Origin: an uncultured Candidatus Saccharibacteria bacterium
Lineage (GTDB): Bacteria > Patescibacteriota > Doudnabacteria > UBA920
DNA length: 64,000 nt
Assembly: GCA_964505635.1 (NCBI GenBank)
Contig: CAZDIP010000001.1
Span: 222,412-286,411 of the forward strand
Direction: 5' to 3'
The notes under the pieces were generated by a model, which saw nothing but the letters and a program-made list of their open reading frames with translations, was not told the origin of the DNA and did no database searches. Each line of letters starts with the position of its first letter. Positions within the stretch are counted from its first letter, which is position 1. This document shows positions 29,338 through 38,384 of the stretch, piece after piece. The translations under genes and the position numbers were made by a program.

Positions 29338-30378
29338 TTATATTTTACTATTTTTTAATGCTTGTAAATATTCTTGGGTTATACCTGGGCACAACATTCT
29401 AATTAGTGAAAAAGTTTTTTCTTCATACTCCGCCCAATCAGCCTGTTTAACTGCCGTCTGAGGCGCAGATAAAAATTCAGAAGCTTTTTTTAGCCAGACG
29501 TCATAGGGCCTCATGTAGGCCTCTTTGTCATACCACCCAAAAATACCTTCTTTACGCAAGGCTGACAGACTTAGCAAAGCAACATCCACGTTTTTTAATT
29601 CCAGCCCTTCCGCCCCCTGGCTATTGTTTGCCAAGTATACCAGACCCTTTGTTTTTTTAACATCTAGCCGGTCGGTAGGCGGCTGCCAAACTAAATAGGA
29701 AACAGACTCGCTTTTTACCGCCCCGGGATTTGTGGCAGTATTTTCGTACAGAGAATCTACAAGAATCAATTCGACGTCTTTTAAAAGATGACGGCTAACA
29801 GCTTCGGGGTACTTAAAAAGGCTATCCTTTATATCCCGCGCCCCGTCACGCAAAGCTTTAATTCCGCTAATAGGTTTAACAACGAAACTTCGACCGCTCT
29901 TTTCTTCCTTATAGGAATTCCCGGGTCTGGGAATAAGCATATCCACGCCAAACTGATTGACCAAGACCTCTGTCTCCCTTCTGACGGTTTCGTTCCACTT
30001 TTGAGAGGCTTCCATGTCTCTGCCGTAATCTAAAGCAAATTTCAAACCAGAACCGGCCGCCAAAGAAGCTGCGCCGGCAGCCAAACCTGACGCAAATCTC
30101 CTACGGTTTACCGGATTGCGTGAATGTTCTTCCGATTTTACTTCGGCAATTTGATTAGATCTTAAAAGCAAGCGCTCGGACTGCTCTGGGGTAAGACTGC
30201 CGCGGTTAGATTCAACAAATTTTTTAAAACGCCCTCTAACCTTTGACTCTATAAGCTTTCCGGATGTTGCTTTTAATATGTTGCCCAAATAATCAGACTG
30301 CGGCTTAGTGCTTGGATTTGCTTTTTTTGGCAAGTCTTCATCTGGCTCTTCATCAAGTTGATATATTTTTTCAGACAT
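29338..30378 (-). CDS. Hypothetical protein
   Basis: A 346-aa protein with an internal RRRFASGLAAGAASLAAG stretch and no recognised domain. Confidence 0.35.
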   Translation of the reverse strand: MSEKIYQLDEEPDEDLPKKANPSTKPQSDYLGNILKATSGKLIESKVRGRFKKFVESNRGSLTPEQSERLLLRSNQIAEVKSEEHSRNPVNRRRFASGLAAGAASLAAGSGLKFALDYGRDMEASQKWNETVRRETEVLVNQFGVDMLIPRPGNSYKEEKSGRSFVVKPISGIKALRDGARDIKDSLFKYPEAVSRHLLKDVELILVDSLYENTATNPGAVKSESVSYLVWQPPTDRLDVKKTKGLVYLANNSQGAEGLELKNVDVALLSLSALRKEGIFGWYDKEAYMRPYDVWLKKASEFLSAPQTAVKQADWAEYEEKTFSLIRMLCPGITQEYLQALKNSKI

Positions 30379-30566
30379 AAATACTTAATAAATATAGCAT
30401 TTTTCATGCGAAAAACCAATTTTACACATAAATAGATATATTGATTTATATTATACTTTATGTTAAAATATTCAAAGTAAGCTTTCATATTTGCCTGCAT
30501 TAGCTTCCGCCAAAGCGGACAGGCATCCGGTAGGAAAAAGGTTTTGTTCGCCCCGTCACTTTTCTG

Positions 30567-30756
30567 GCCAGCTTAGCTCATCTGGTAGAGCAACGGTTTT
30601 ACCTGCCCGCCAGTCGCCGAGTGCCGATGTAGCTCAGTTGGTAGAGCAACGGTTTTGTAAACCGTAGGTCGTCGGTTCAAACCCGACCATCGGCTCCAGG
30701 CGATCGGCAGGCGGGTAAACCGTAGGTGGCCGGTTCGAGTCCGGCAGCTGGCTCCA
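30567..30756 (+). tRNA. Split/intron-containing tRNA-Thr-like gene (outer), reconstructed anticodon UGU, CCA encoded
   Basis: Acceptor GCCAGCT (30567-73) / AGCTGGC (30746-52); D-arm 30576-91; anticodon stem ACGGT (30593-97) / ACCGT (30719-23); T-arm GCCGG-TTCGAGT-CCGGC (30729-45). A 114-nt insertion at 30601-30714 lies between anticodon positions 34 and 35. Joining the two parts restores the loop TTT|GTAA. Confidence 0.6.
30623..30698 (+). tRNA. tRNA-Thr (UGU), intact, nested inside the outer tRNA's insertion, CCA encoded
   Basis: Acceptor GCCGATG/CATCGGC, D-arm GCTCAGTTGGTAGAGC, anticodon loop TTTGTAA, T-arm GTCGG-TTCAAAC-CCGAC. Confidence 0.9.
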
Positions 30757-30889
30757 CTGCTTCGTCCGCCTAAGGCGGACTACGCAGTGCAAGCACATCG
30801 TTTTAAAGGATCAAGCGATGTAAATAAGACTGCCTGACGCCCAGGCAATCTGTACTAATCACTATTCACTAACAACTAATCGCTAGAAT

Positions 30890-31057
30890 ATGTCTCAAGA
30901 TCATTTACTTAACATGGAGTGCTCGGTTTGCCACAATATTAATTACCAAACCAAGCGCAACAAAAAAAGTTTGGGCGCGCAAAACAAAAAGCGCCTTGAA
31001 TTGCAAAAATATTGTAAGCACTGCAAAAAAAAGACTTTACACAAGGAAACGAAATAG
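30890..31057 (+). CDS. rpmG: 50S ribosomal protein L33
   Basis: A 55-aa ORF below the ORF-track cutoff. It has the pattern CSVCHNINYQTKRNKK...LELQKYCKHCKKKTLHKETK (C4 zinc ribbon, KNK, LELKKYC..TLH.E.K). Confidence 0.8.
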   Translation: MSQDHLLNMECSVCHNINYQTKRNKKSLGAQNKKRLELQKYCKHCKKKTLHKETK

Positions 31058-31133
31058 TTTAACTAATGACCGATAATTAATAACTTATAACTGGTTGCTT
31101 GTTATAAATTATAAGTTATCGGTTTATTACTTG

Positions 31134-31158
31134 GGGGGCGTCGTATAATGGTAGTATC
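31134..31158 (+). other. 5' tRNA-like fragment (acceptor strand + D-arm), near-duplicate of the tRNA-Trp 5' end
   Basis: GGGGGCG-TC-GTATAATGGTAGTAT matches the Trp sequence GGGGGGT-TC-GTATAACGGTAGTAC. Its acceptor strand GGGGGCG is complementary to CGCCCCT at 31408-14. Confidence 0.5.
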
Positions 31159-31241
31159 CGCCGACGCTAAAGCTGTAGCGGACAAGCAGCGGTCTCCGCC
31201 CCGCCTTTACAAACTTAAATATTATCTCCACGGCATCTGGT

Positions 31242-31315
31242 GGGGGGTTCGTATAACGGTAGTACAATGGTCTCCAAAACCATTTGCGAGGGTTCGACTC
31301 CTTCACCCCCTGCCA
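31242..31315 (+). tRNA. tRNA-Trp (CCA), CCA encoded
   Basis: Acceptor GGGGGGT/ACCCCCT (1G-72U), 3-bp D-stem, anticodon stem ATGGT/ACCAT with loop CTCCAAA, T-arm GAGGG-TTCGACT-CCTTC. Confidence 0.85.
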
Positions 31316-31390
31316 AACGCCGCGGAGCTATATTTCGGCCAATAAACCAAAACCGATTGCGTGCTTGCCCGACGAAGTCTTAACGAAGTC

Positions 31391-31418
31391 GGGGGTTCAA
31401 TTCCTACCGCCCCTGCCA
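31391..31418 (+). other. 3' tRNA-like fragment (T-arm + acceptor 3' strand + discriminator + CCA)
   Basis: GGGGG-TTCAATT-CCTAC-CGCCCCT-G-CCA, with one T-stem mismatch. It pairs with the 5' fragment at 31135-41. Confidence 0.5.
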
Positions 31419-31420
31419 AA

Positions 31421-31450
31421 AAAGTCCCGCTTAGCTGCGGGTCTTTTTTG
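31421..31450. terminator. Rho-independent terminator closing the rpmG-tRNA cluster
   Basis: An A-run, then stem cccgc/gcggg with loop ttagct, then a T6 tract. Confidence 0.6.
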
Positions 31451-31512
31451 TATACCCTTGTGGGTGTTCAAAACTTTTAATGTTATAATTTAATAAAGCA
31501 AATTTAACAAAA

Positions 31513-31995
31513 ATGATTAAAGCAATTTTGTCTGATTTCTCAGAGACAATTCTATTCCCAAAAAATATAAAAAATCATCATAATCTCAACGGCTTACACC
31601 ATGAACTAATGAGAGAGTATGGCGAATACAATGCTTGGGATTATTTTGTAATTAACGAGGAGTTGCTTAATTTTTACCAATCTCTTAAACCACAGTTGCC
31701 GTTATATGTTTTTACAACAGATACTGTCCAAGACCAACCACAAATAAAAGAACGGTTACTGGAAATTTTTGATGATGTTATTTCAGCTAAAGTCTATAAG
31801 ATTGACAAAAAAACACCTGAGGCTTATCAATTCATAGCACAAAAAATAAATCAAAACTCAGAGGAAATTTTATTTATTGATGATAGAGAAATTAATTTAG
31901 AACCTGCTACAAAGGCAGGGTTTCAAACACTACAATACATAGATAACGAGCAGTTGGTTAAAGATATTAAAAAACTAATTAACAGCCAAACTTAA
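31513..31995 (+). CDS. HAD-superfamily hydrolase
   Basis: A small protein with a C-terminal LFIDD motif (HAD motif IV). Confidence 0.45.
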   Translation: MIKAILSDFSETILFPKNIKNHHNLNGLHHELMREYGEYNAWDYFVINEELLNFYQSLKPQLPLYVFTTDTVQDQPQIKERLLEIFDDVISAKVYKIDKKTPEAYQFIAQKINQNSEEILFIDDREINLEPATKAGFQTLQYIDNEQLVKDIKKLINSQT

Positions 31996-32146
31996 CGCTG
32001 CTAACTCGATTTCTAACTCTTCAAGGCTCACAGTTCTAACCACATCCCACAGCCCTGCCATAAAAAACCTATCGGTTACCCGCATAGGTTTTTTATGATG
32101 GAATCTTTAACAAATGCTATAATATATAAAATAATTAATAATAATT

Positions 32147-32557
32147 ATGCAAATAAATTATTGGGCAGTAATTGTTTCGGCCATTGCTTCCATGGTCATA
32201 GGCAGCATTTGGTACGGGCCTTTGTTCGGCAAAATCTTTATGCGCGCCATTGGCATGGACCAGTGGAGCAAAGAGCGGCAGGAAGCGCAAAAAAAGAAAA
32301 TGGGCGTAACCTACTTTGTGCAGTTTGTCGCCAGCATGGTTATGTTTTACGCGCTCGCGCGGTTTATGCATGCTTCCGACGGTTTGGATATTAATGGGGG
32401 GATAAACGTGGCGCTGTGGACATGGGTTGGATTTGTAGCCCCGGTTAAACTCGGGGATGCTATTTGGGGCGGTAAAATGGTCATGTTTTGGCTCGGAGCC
32501 GGCAATATGCTTTTAACCCTTTTGGCCGCTGGCGTTATTTTAGGCGCCTGGCAATAA
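32147..32557 (+). CDS. Small integral membrane protein (DUF1761-like)
   Basis: Four predicted TM helices. The overlapping ORFs at 32095 and 32135 are frame artefacts. Confidence 0.5.
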   Translation: MQINYWAVIVSAIASMVIGSIWYGPLFGKIFMRAIGMDQWSKERQEAQKKKMGVTYFVQFVASMVMFYALARFMHASDGLDINGGINVALWTWVGFVAPVKLGDAIWGGKMVMFWLGAGNMLLTLLAAGVILGAWQ

Positions 32558-32573
32558 AAAGAGGCGTTATTTT

Positions 32574-32603
32574 AAAGGCTCACACGGAGTGAGCCTTTAA
32601 AAA
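32574..32603. terminator. Palindromic terminator element, copy 1 of a repeated motif
   Basis: ttttaaaggctcacaCggagtgagcctttaaaa. Copy 2 at 61328 differs by 1 nt. Confidence 0.55.
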
Positions 32604-32648
32604 TGCCTTAAATTTGGCTGTTTTTTAAGCAAGGGTTATAATGCCGAT

Positions 32649-32897
32649 ATGGGAAAAATGAAAAAAAGCAAAGGTTTTATCCTTTTGGCTCTTTTACTTG
32701 CAGTCTTAATTTTAGCCGTGTTTTTTAGTTTGTATTTTAGGCCTAAAGATAAAATAAAAAATCAGGGGTCGGCGGCAAAAAAAGCGCAAGAAAATCTCCA
32801 GGAAAGCAAAAAAGACCTTGACCAATATCAAACTAAAATTAACGAGGAATTAAAAACTCAGGATTCAGAAAGCAAATTTAATTCAGCTCAATATTAA
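32649..32897 (+). CDS. Small membrane-anchored hypothetical protein
   Basis: It has an N-terminal TM helix and a charged coiled C-terminus. Confidence 0.4.
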   Translation: MGKMKKSKGFILLALLLAVLILAVFFSLYFRPKDKIKNQGSAAKKAQENLQESKKDLDQYQTKINEELKTQDSESKFNSAQY

Positions 32898-32900
32898 ATT

Positions 32901-33542
32901 ATGAAAGAAACAGGGTTATACCAAACAATTGGCAGAGAAAGTTTGGCGGAAAAAGTTCGTGATATGAACTTAGAAGACTATTACGCCTGCCAATATTTTG
33001 GCCGTCATTTGCCGGAATGGGAAAAATTAAAGCCAGAGGCCATAATTATAGCTCCGCAAGCAGCAACTGTTTACCAACCGCTAATAAAAAAAATGTGGCA
33101 AGGTCTTTATAATTTTAAAACTGTTCCTAAATTTTTTAATATTGACCCAAATGCGCTGGTAAAAAATTTACAACTGCCGAAACATCCCGGATTAAAAAAT
33201 ATTTACAGGGCTTTAATATTTGATGACAGCAGTAAATTAAAGAAACAAAATGAACTGCCAACACAATTCCAACCTAATGATAATTTAAGAATATCGTTAG
33301 ACAACCCTTCACTGATTAATATTGCTTTATTTTTACATCAAAACGGGGTAAAAGAAATATGGATGGACTGGGGAAAAAATTTATGGCACCCTGGTTCCCA
33401 AGCAATTTTACAAAGAAAAGTAAACAAAGATCAACTTGAGTTAGTACCTAACAGTAATAGACCTGAAGCTTTAAGGACATCAAAAAAAATGAGAGAACTG
33501 GCGGATCTTACAATAAAAATGCTTAATAACAAAATAATTTAA
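32901..33542 (+). CDS. Hypothetical protein
   Basis: A 213-aa ORF with no motifs. Confidence 0.35.
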   Translation: MKETGLYQTIGRESLAEKVRDMNLEDYYACQYFGRHLPEWEKLKPEAIIIAPQAATVYQPLIKKMWQGLYNFKTVPKFFNIDPNALVKNLQLPKHPGLKNIYRALIFDDSSKLKKQNELPTQFQPNDNLRISLDNPSLINIALFLHQNGVKEIWMDWGKNLWHPGSQAILQRKVNKDQLELVPNSNRPEALRTSKKMRELADLTIKMLNNKII

Positions 33543-33579
33543 TAATAATGCTTCTGTATTTTTATACTATCAATATTTT

Positions 33580-35325
33580 ATGCAGCCCTTGACTAAAGAA
33601 ACATTTAAAATATTTACAAAGCACGCGGATAAATACCGGCGGTTTTTTGTGTTAACCGCGTTGGGAATAATGCTGGCCAGTTTGGCGGCTTTGGCACAGC
33701 CAATAATATATAAAGAATTTTTTGACCAGTTAAACGCGGGAGCGGAAAAAACAATTCTAATTAAGCTGCTTATTTACATTTTTTTGGCCGCTTGGGTGGA
33801 ATGGTCTTTTTGGCGCGTGGGAACCTTTATTTTTGCCAAAAGCCAGTCAAAAGTAAAGGCGGATTTAGCGGTTACGTGTTTTAACTATTTACAAAACCAT
33901 TCTTTGAGTTTTTTTAGCAGTAAATTTGTGGGCAGTTTGGTCAGGAAGGTAAATAAATACGACCGGGCTTTTGAGGACATTACCGACAACTTTTTTTGGA
34001 ATATCGGCAATACGGCCTTTAATATTTTGGCCCTTACGGCAATTACCGCTTACTATTATCCGAGCATTGGTTTAATGATATTTATTTGGAGCGTAATTTA
34101 CGTTTATGCGATACAGAAGTTAAATAAAAAAATCCTGCCCATGCGGATAGAACGGTCGGAAGCCGACACTAAACAAACCGGATTTTTAGCCGATGTAACC
34201 ACGAATAATATTAATTTAAAATTATTTAACTCCCAAAAAACCGAGGGCGTGGCTTTTTCAAAATTGCAAAACGTGCTTCATGAATTGCGCTGGAGAGTAT
34301 GGCGGTTTGCTCTTTCTATTGAGGCTTTGCAGGGAGCCCTAATGATTATTTTAGAATTTGTGGTTATGTATTACGCTATTTCTTTATGGTCAAAAGGCGG
34401 GATGTCAGTCGGCGGATTTGTGCTAATTAATTCCTACCTGTTTGTTATTTACAGAAGGCTTTGGGAATTAGGCAGGCAAAGCATGAGAGTCTACGAGCAT
34501 ATTGCCGATGCCAACGAAATGACGGAAATTTTGCTGACCCCGCACGAGACTACAGACATAACCGGCGCGGCAGAACTTAAAACCAAAACAGGGGAGATTG
34601 AATTCAAAAAGGTGGGTTTTACCTACCACAAGGGCCTTTCAGTTTTGGAAAATTTTAATCTTAAAATAGCGGGCAGGGAAAGAGTTGCTTTGGTGGGCCC
34701 TTCAGGCGGGGGAAAATCCACCATTACCAAACTGCTTTTTAGATTTTACGACATAAACCGGGGCGAAATCAACATTGACCGACAAAATATTTCCACAGTA
34801 ACCCAAAATTCTTTAAGGCAAGCTATTGCTTTGGTCCCCCAAGAACCGATTTTATTTCACAGAAGCCTTATGGAAAATATTCGCTATGGCAACCCCGGTG
34901 CTTCTGATAACGAAGTTTTAGAAGCCGCCAAAATGGCTCATGCCCACGAATTTATTTCCCAATTCCCCGAAGGCTACCACACCCTAGTTGGAGAAAGAGG
35001 AGTAAAACTTTCAGGTGGCGAACGCCAACGGGTTGCCATAGCCCGGGCAATTTTAAAAAATTCCCCGATTTTAGTGTTGGACGAAGCGACTTCGTCTTTA
35101 GACAGCGAAAGCGAACAACTAATACAAGAAGCCTTAAAAACCTTAATGCAGAAAAAAACCGTGGTAGTTATCGCGCATAGACTTTCCACTATCATGCAAA
35201 TGGATAGGATTGTGGTTATAGAAAACGGAAGAATTTTGGAACAGGGCAAGCACGAAGAACTTTTAAAAATTAAGCAAGGCTTATACCAAAAACTTTGGGA
35301 AATCCAGGCAGGCAGTTTCAACTAA
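33580..35325 (+). CDS. ABC exporter, fused permease-ATPase (MsbA-like)
   Basis: Six N-terminal TM helices; Walker A GPSGGGKST; signature LSGGERQRVAIARA; Walker B ILVLDEATS. Confidence 0.85.
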   Translation: MQPLTKETFKIFTKHADKYRRFFVLTALGIMLASLAALAQPIIYKEFFDQLNAGAEKTILIKLLIYIFLAAWVEWSFWRVGTFIFAKSQSKVKADLAVTCFNYLQNHSLSFFSSKFVGSLVRKVNKYDRAFEDITDNFFWNIGNTAFNILALTAITAYYYPSIGLMIFIWSVIYVYAIQKLNKKILPMRIERSEADTKQTGFLADVTTNNINLKLFNSQKTEGVAFSKLQNVLHELRWRVWRFALSIEALQGALMIILEFVVMYYAISLWSKGGMSVGGFVLINSYLFVIYRRLWELGRQSMRVYEHIADANEMTEILLTPHETTDITGAAELKTKTGEIEFKKVGFTYHKGLSVLENFNLKIAGRERVALVGPSGGGKSTITKLLFRFYDINRGEINIDRQNISTVTQNSLRQAIALVPQEPILFHRSLMENIRYGNPGASDNEVLEAAKMAHAHEFISQFPEGYHTLVGERGVKLSGGERQRVAIARAILKNSPILVLDEATSSLDSESEQLIQEALKTLMQKKTVVVIAHRLSTIMQMDRIVVIENGRILEQGKHEELLKIKQGLYQKLWEIQAGSFN

Positions 35326-35376
35326 TATTTCAAGTTGTAAAAATTTATGTTATAATAAATTAATAATAAGATCCCA

Positions 35377-35865
35377 TTGAAAAAAAATTTCATCAAAAAT
35401 CAATCAGGCTTTACTTTAATTGAATTGCTTATTGTCATAGCCATTATTGGTGTACTAATCGGCATTATTGCGGTAGCCTTAAACAACGCGCGTATTCGTT
35501 CCCGTGACGCGAAAAGAGCAGGGGACATGAGGCAAATGATTACGGCGCTGGAACAATACTATATTCAAAACGGTACGTATCCAACGGGTACAGGCTCAGT
35601 GTCTGTGGATGGGGTCATGTTAAGCGACCCTTTAGCCATGGATTCGGCGCTTGAACCATTTATACCGAACTACACCCCGATTATGCCCATAGCCCCTTCC
35701 CCGGCTGACGAAAATTGCTCGGCAGATCAAATTAGGGGTGGCAATAGCTACTGGTACGATGCGGCAATAGACGGCTTAACTTATACCTTAACTTTTTGCT
35801 TGGGCAAAGAAAGCGGAAGCTGGCAGGCAGGCATTAGAGTAGCCACACCAAGCGGAGTTCAATAA
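35377..35865 (+). CDS. Type IV pilin / pseudopilin-like protein
   Basis: It has a prepilin leader with cleavage-site motif G|FTLIELLIVIAIIGVL. Confidence 0.75.
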   Translation: MKKNFIKNQSGFTLIELLIVIAIIGVLIGIIAVALNNARIRSRDAKRAGDMRQMITALEQYYIQNGTYPTGTGSVSVDGVMLSDPLAMDSALEPFIPNYTPIMPIAPSPADENCSADQIRGGNSYWYDAAIDGLTYTLTFCLGKESGSWQAGIRVATPSGVQ

Positions 35866-36008
35866 CGTTCAAATTTATTAAATCCGGTAAATAATGTCTT
35901 ACCGACAGTTTTTGTAATGCTATTGATTTATTGGCAATAATTTAATAAAATAATACCTGGTTAACAAAAAAAATTTTAGTCTAGTAATGTATTCCTTCAT
36001 GTTCTTTT

Positions 36009-37475
36009 ATGTCTAATGACTCCGTGATTTTACGTTTTTCAAATGTTAGCTTTGAATACGACATCCACAAGCAAACTTTGGACGCCGTAAGTTTTTCTGT
36101 GCGCTCAGGTAGCAAATTCGCGCTTATGGGGCAGAATGGGGCGGGAAAGTCTACGCTCTTTAGCTTAATTACCAAAGAAAAAGCTCCCACCGAAGGGGAA
36201 ATCCACATAACCCCGCGCGACGTAAGCATAGCCATAGCCAGGCAGGTTATGCCGGAAGAAATGAAGGAATTAACAGTCCGCGACTATTTTGCTACTGCTT
36301 TTTCCGAAAAAAGATACAATTTAGACAAGCTAATTGCCGAAATTTTGGAGGTAGTTAACTTAAAAGCTCCTTTGGACAAAATAGTAAAAGCCTTTTCCGG
36401 CGGTCAGCAAGCCAGGCTTTTACTTGCCCACGCGCTCATTCAAAACCCGGACATTTTACTGCTTGACGAACCGACAAACAATTTAGACCAAGCGGGAATA
36501 GAGCATTTAACCGCGTTTTTAATAATGTATGAAAAAACGGTTTTAGTAATTTCCCACGACGCGGACTTTTTAAACGCGTTTACCGACGGGGTTTTGTATT
36601 TAGACGTACATACCCACAAAGTAGAACAATACGCCGGCAATTACTTTGACGTGGTTGAAGAAATAAAAGCCAGGGTAGAACGCGAAAATTTGCAAAACGC
36701 CCGTATGCAGGCGCAAATAAAAGAAAAGCGCGAGCAGGCCGAAGTTTTTGCCCACAAGGGCGGAAAACTTAGAGCGGTTGCAAAAAGAATGCGCGAGTCA
36801 GCCGAAGAAGCGGAAGAAAATATTATTGAGGTCAGACGCGAAGACAAAACCATCCGCGAATTTGAAATCCCAGTTCAGGAATATGACCCGTTCTTTGACG
36901 GAAAAATTCTTACCCTAACTTCGGTAACCGCGTTTGTAGACCACGAACCGGCGGAAAAAGAAATAGAAATGGTTATTAGAAAAAACCAGCATTTGTTAAT
37001 TGAAGGACCAAACGGGATAGGAAAAAGTACTTTTATAAATAACTTAGCAACAGGGCAAGCAAAAGGCGCCACTATCGCCAAAGACATTGTGGTAGGTTAC
37101 TACAGACAGGACTTTTCCGGATTAAACTACGAGCAAACCGCTTTTGACGCACTTTTGGAAGTGATGCAAAAAAAAGACGAGCATTTATTGCGCTCAACCG
37201 CGGCCGGGTTTTTGCTGGACGGCAAACTGTTAGGCCAGCAAATTAAATTTTTGTCTGAAGGACAAAAAGGACTTTTAGCCTTTTGTCAGTTAGTGCTCAT
37301 GAAACCAGGTCTGCTAATTTTAGACGAGCCAACTAACCACATAAATTTCCGCCACTTGCCAATAATTGCCAAAGCGCTTAACAATTACCAAGGCGCTATG
37401 GTAATGGTCAGCCACATCCCTGACTTTGTCAACCAAATACGCATAGACACCAACCTAGACCTAAGCTCGCTGTAA
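36009..37475 (+). CDS. ABC-F family ATPase (tandem ABC domains, no TM)
   Basis: Two Walker A sites (GQNGAGKST, GPNGIGKST), two signatures (FSGGQQARLLLA, LSEGQKGLLAF) and an inter-domain linker. Confidence 0.8.
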   Translation: MSNDSVILRFSNVSFEYDIHKQTLDAVSFSVRSGSKFALMGQNGAGKSTLFSLITKEKAPTEGEIHITPRDVSIAIARQVMPEEMKELTVRDYFATAFSEKRYNLDKLIAEILEVVNLKAPLDKIVKAFSGGQQARLLLAHALIQNPDILLLDEPTNNLDQAGIEHLTAFLIMYEKTVLVISHDADFLNAFTDGVLYLDVHTHKVEQYAGNYFDVVEEIKARVERENLQNARMQAQIKEKREQAEVFAHKGGKLRAVAKRMRESAEEAEENIIEVRREDKTIREFEIPVQEYDPFFDGKILTLTSVTAFVDHEPAEKEIEMVIRKNQHLLIEGPNGIGKSTFINNLATGQAKGATIAKDIVVGYYRQDFSGLNYEQTAFDALLEVMQKKDEHLLRSTAAGFLLDGKLLGQQIKFLSEGQKGLLAFCQLVLMKPGLLILDEPTNHINFRHLPIIAKALNNYQGAMVMVSHIPDFVNQIRIDTNLDLSSL

Positions 37476-37634
37476 ACCCCGCACCACTTTTATCAAATTT
37501 CAGCTACCGTCAAATTTAACATTTGATAAATTTTTGATAGTAAACAGCTCTGTTTAAAAGTGCGAGGGGTAAAGCGGGCTTTTTCGTAGATCCTCCGTAG
37601 CTTTAGCAAAGGAGGATTTGTTATACTAAATAAT

Positions 37635-38327
37635 ATGAAATACAAAAATGTCTTAGCGGCTCTTGCTATACCTATCGGGCTACTTAGCATGACTTTGCTT
37701 TACTCTTTAATTTGGCGCTTATTTAATTTACCCAAAGAACAGGAGCTGATTCAAATAATCACCGAATTTTTTAACCGCTACGGTCTGTGGGTGGTTTTAA
37801 TATCTAGTATTATTGAAGGCGCGTTAATTGTTGGTAACTATTTCCCCGGAGGGGTTGTTGTATTTTTAGGTGTAATTGCAGCAGGGCATAATATATCAAA
37901 AATAGTTCTAACAGTTGCCGTTGTTGTTATAGGGTTTTTTATTGGCTACCTGCTTGATTATTTTATGGGAAAATACGGATGGTACAAAATGCTGATTAAG
38001 TTTGGTTTGAAAGAGCAACTGGAAAAAGCAAAATTAAAACTTTCCAAACAAAGCTTTAGCGCAATTTTTTTAAGTTATTGGGAACCAAATTTAGGCTCTG
38101 TTACTGCCACTGCCGCGGGTATTTTAAATATTCCTTTGCCAAAATTTCTTTTTCAATCTCTAATTGGTCTGGTTGTGTGGGATGCTTTTTGGGGAACCTT
38201 AGTCGCGTCTTTAGGAAAGCAAGCACTAAATTTAGTTACCAATTTATCCTATATTATCCCAATCGTGGCAATTTGGATACTTTTAATTTTAGTAAAGCAG
38301 CGTTTTTTTAAAAAAGTTGACACTTAG
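37635..38327 (+). CDS. DedA/SNARE-associated family membrane protein
   Basis: A polytopic protein with the DedA-like segment EGALIVGNYFPGG. A hairpin in the leader sequesters the SD region. Confidence 0.55.
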   Translation: MKYKNVLAALAIPIGLLSMTLLYSLIWRLFNLPKEQELIQIITEFFNRYGLWVVLISSIIEGALIVGNYFPGGVVVFLGVIAAGHNISKIVLTVAVVVIGFFIGYLLDYFMGKYGWYKMLIKFGLKEQLEKAKLKLSKQSFSAIFLSYWEPNLGSVTATAAGILNIPLPKFLFQSLIGLVVWDAFWGTLVASLGKQALNLVTNLSYIIPIVAIWILLILVKQRFFKKVDT

Positions 38328-38384
38328 TGTACATTCGTTTACTCTAATATTAAGAATGTATTTTTAATTCTTTTCATTATTACT

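Noticed and set aside
31134-31205. Considered whether the GC-rich 72-nt element before tRNA-Trp is a small SRP (4.5S) RNA, because of the GGACAAGCAGCGG segment
   Set aside because: No GNRA tetraloop or domain IV symmetric/asymmetric loop arrangement could be folded. The strong match to the tRNA-Trp acceptor and D-arm explains it better as a tRNA-like fragment.
32095-32394. Overlapping ORFs (32095-32394 +, 32135-32371 -) on the DUF1761-like membrane protein gene
   Set aside because: They are alternative-frame or antisense artefacts of a GC-richer coding segment. The 32147-32557 frame gives a coherent four-TM protein.
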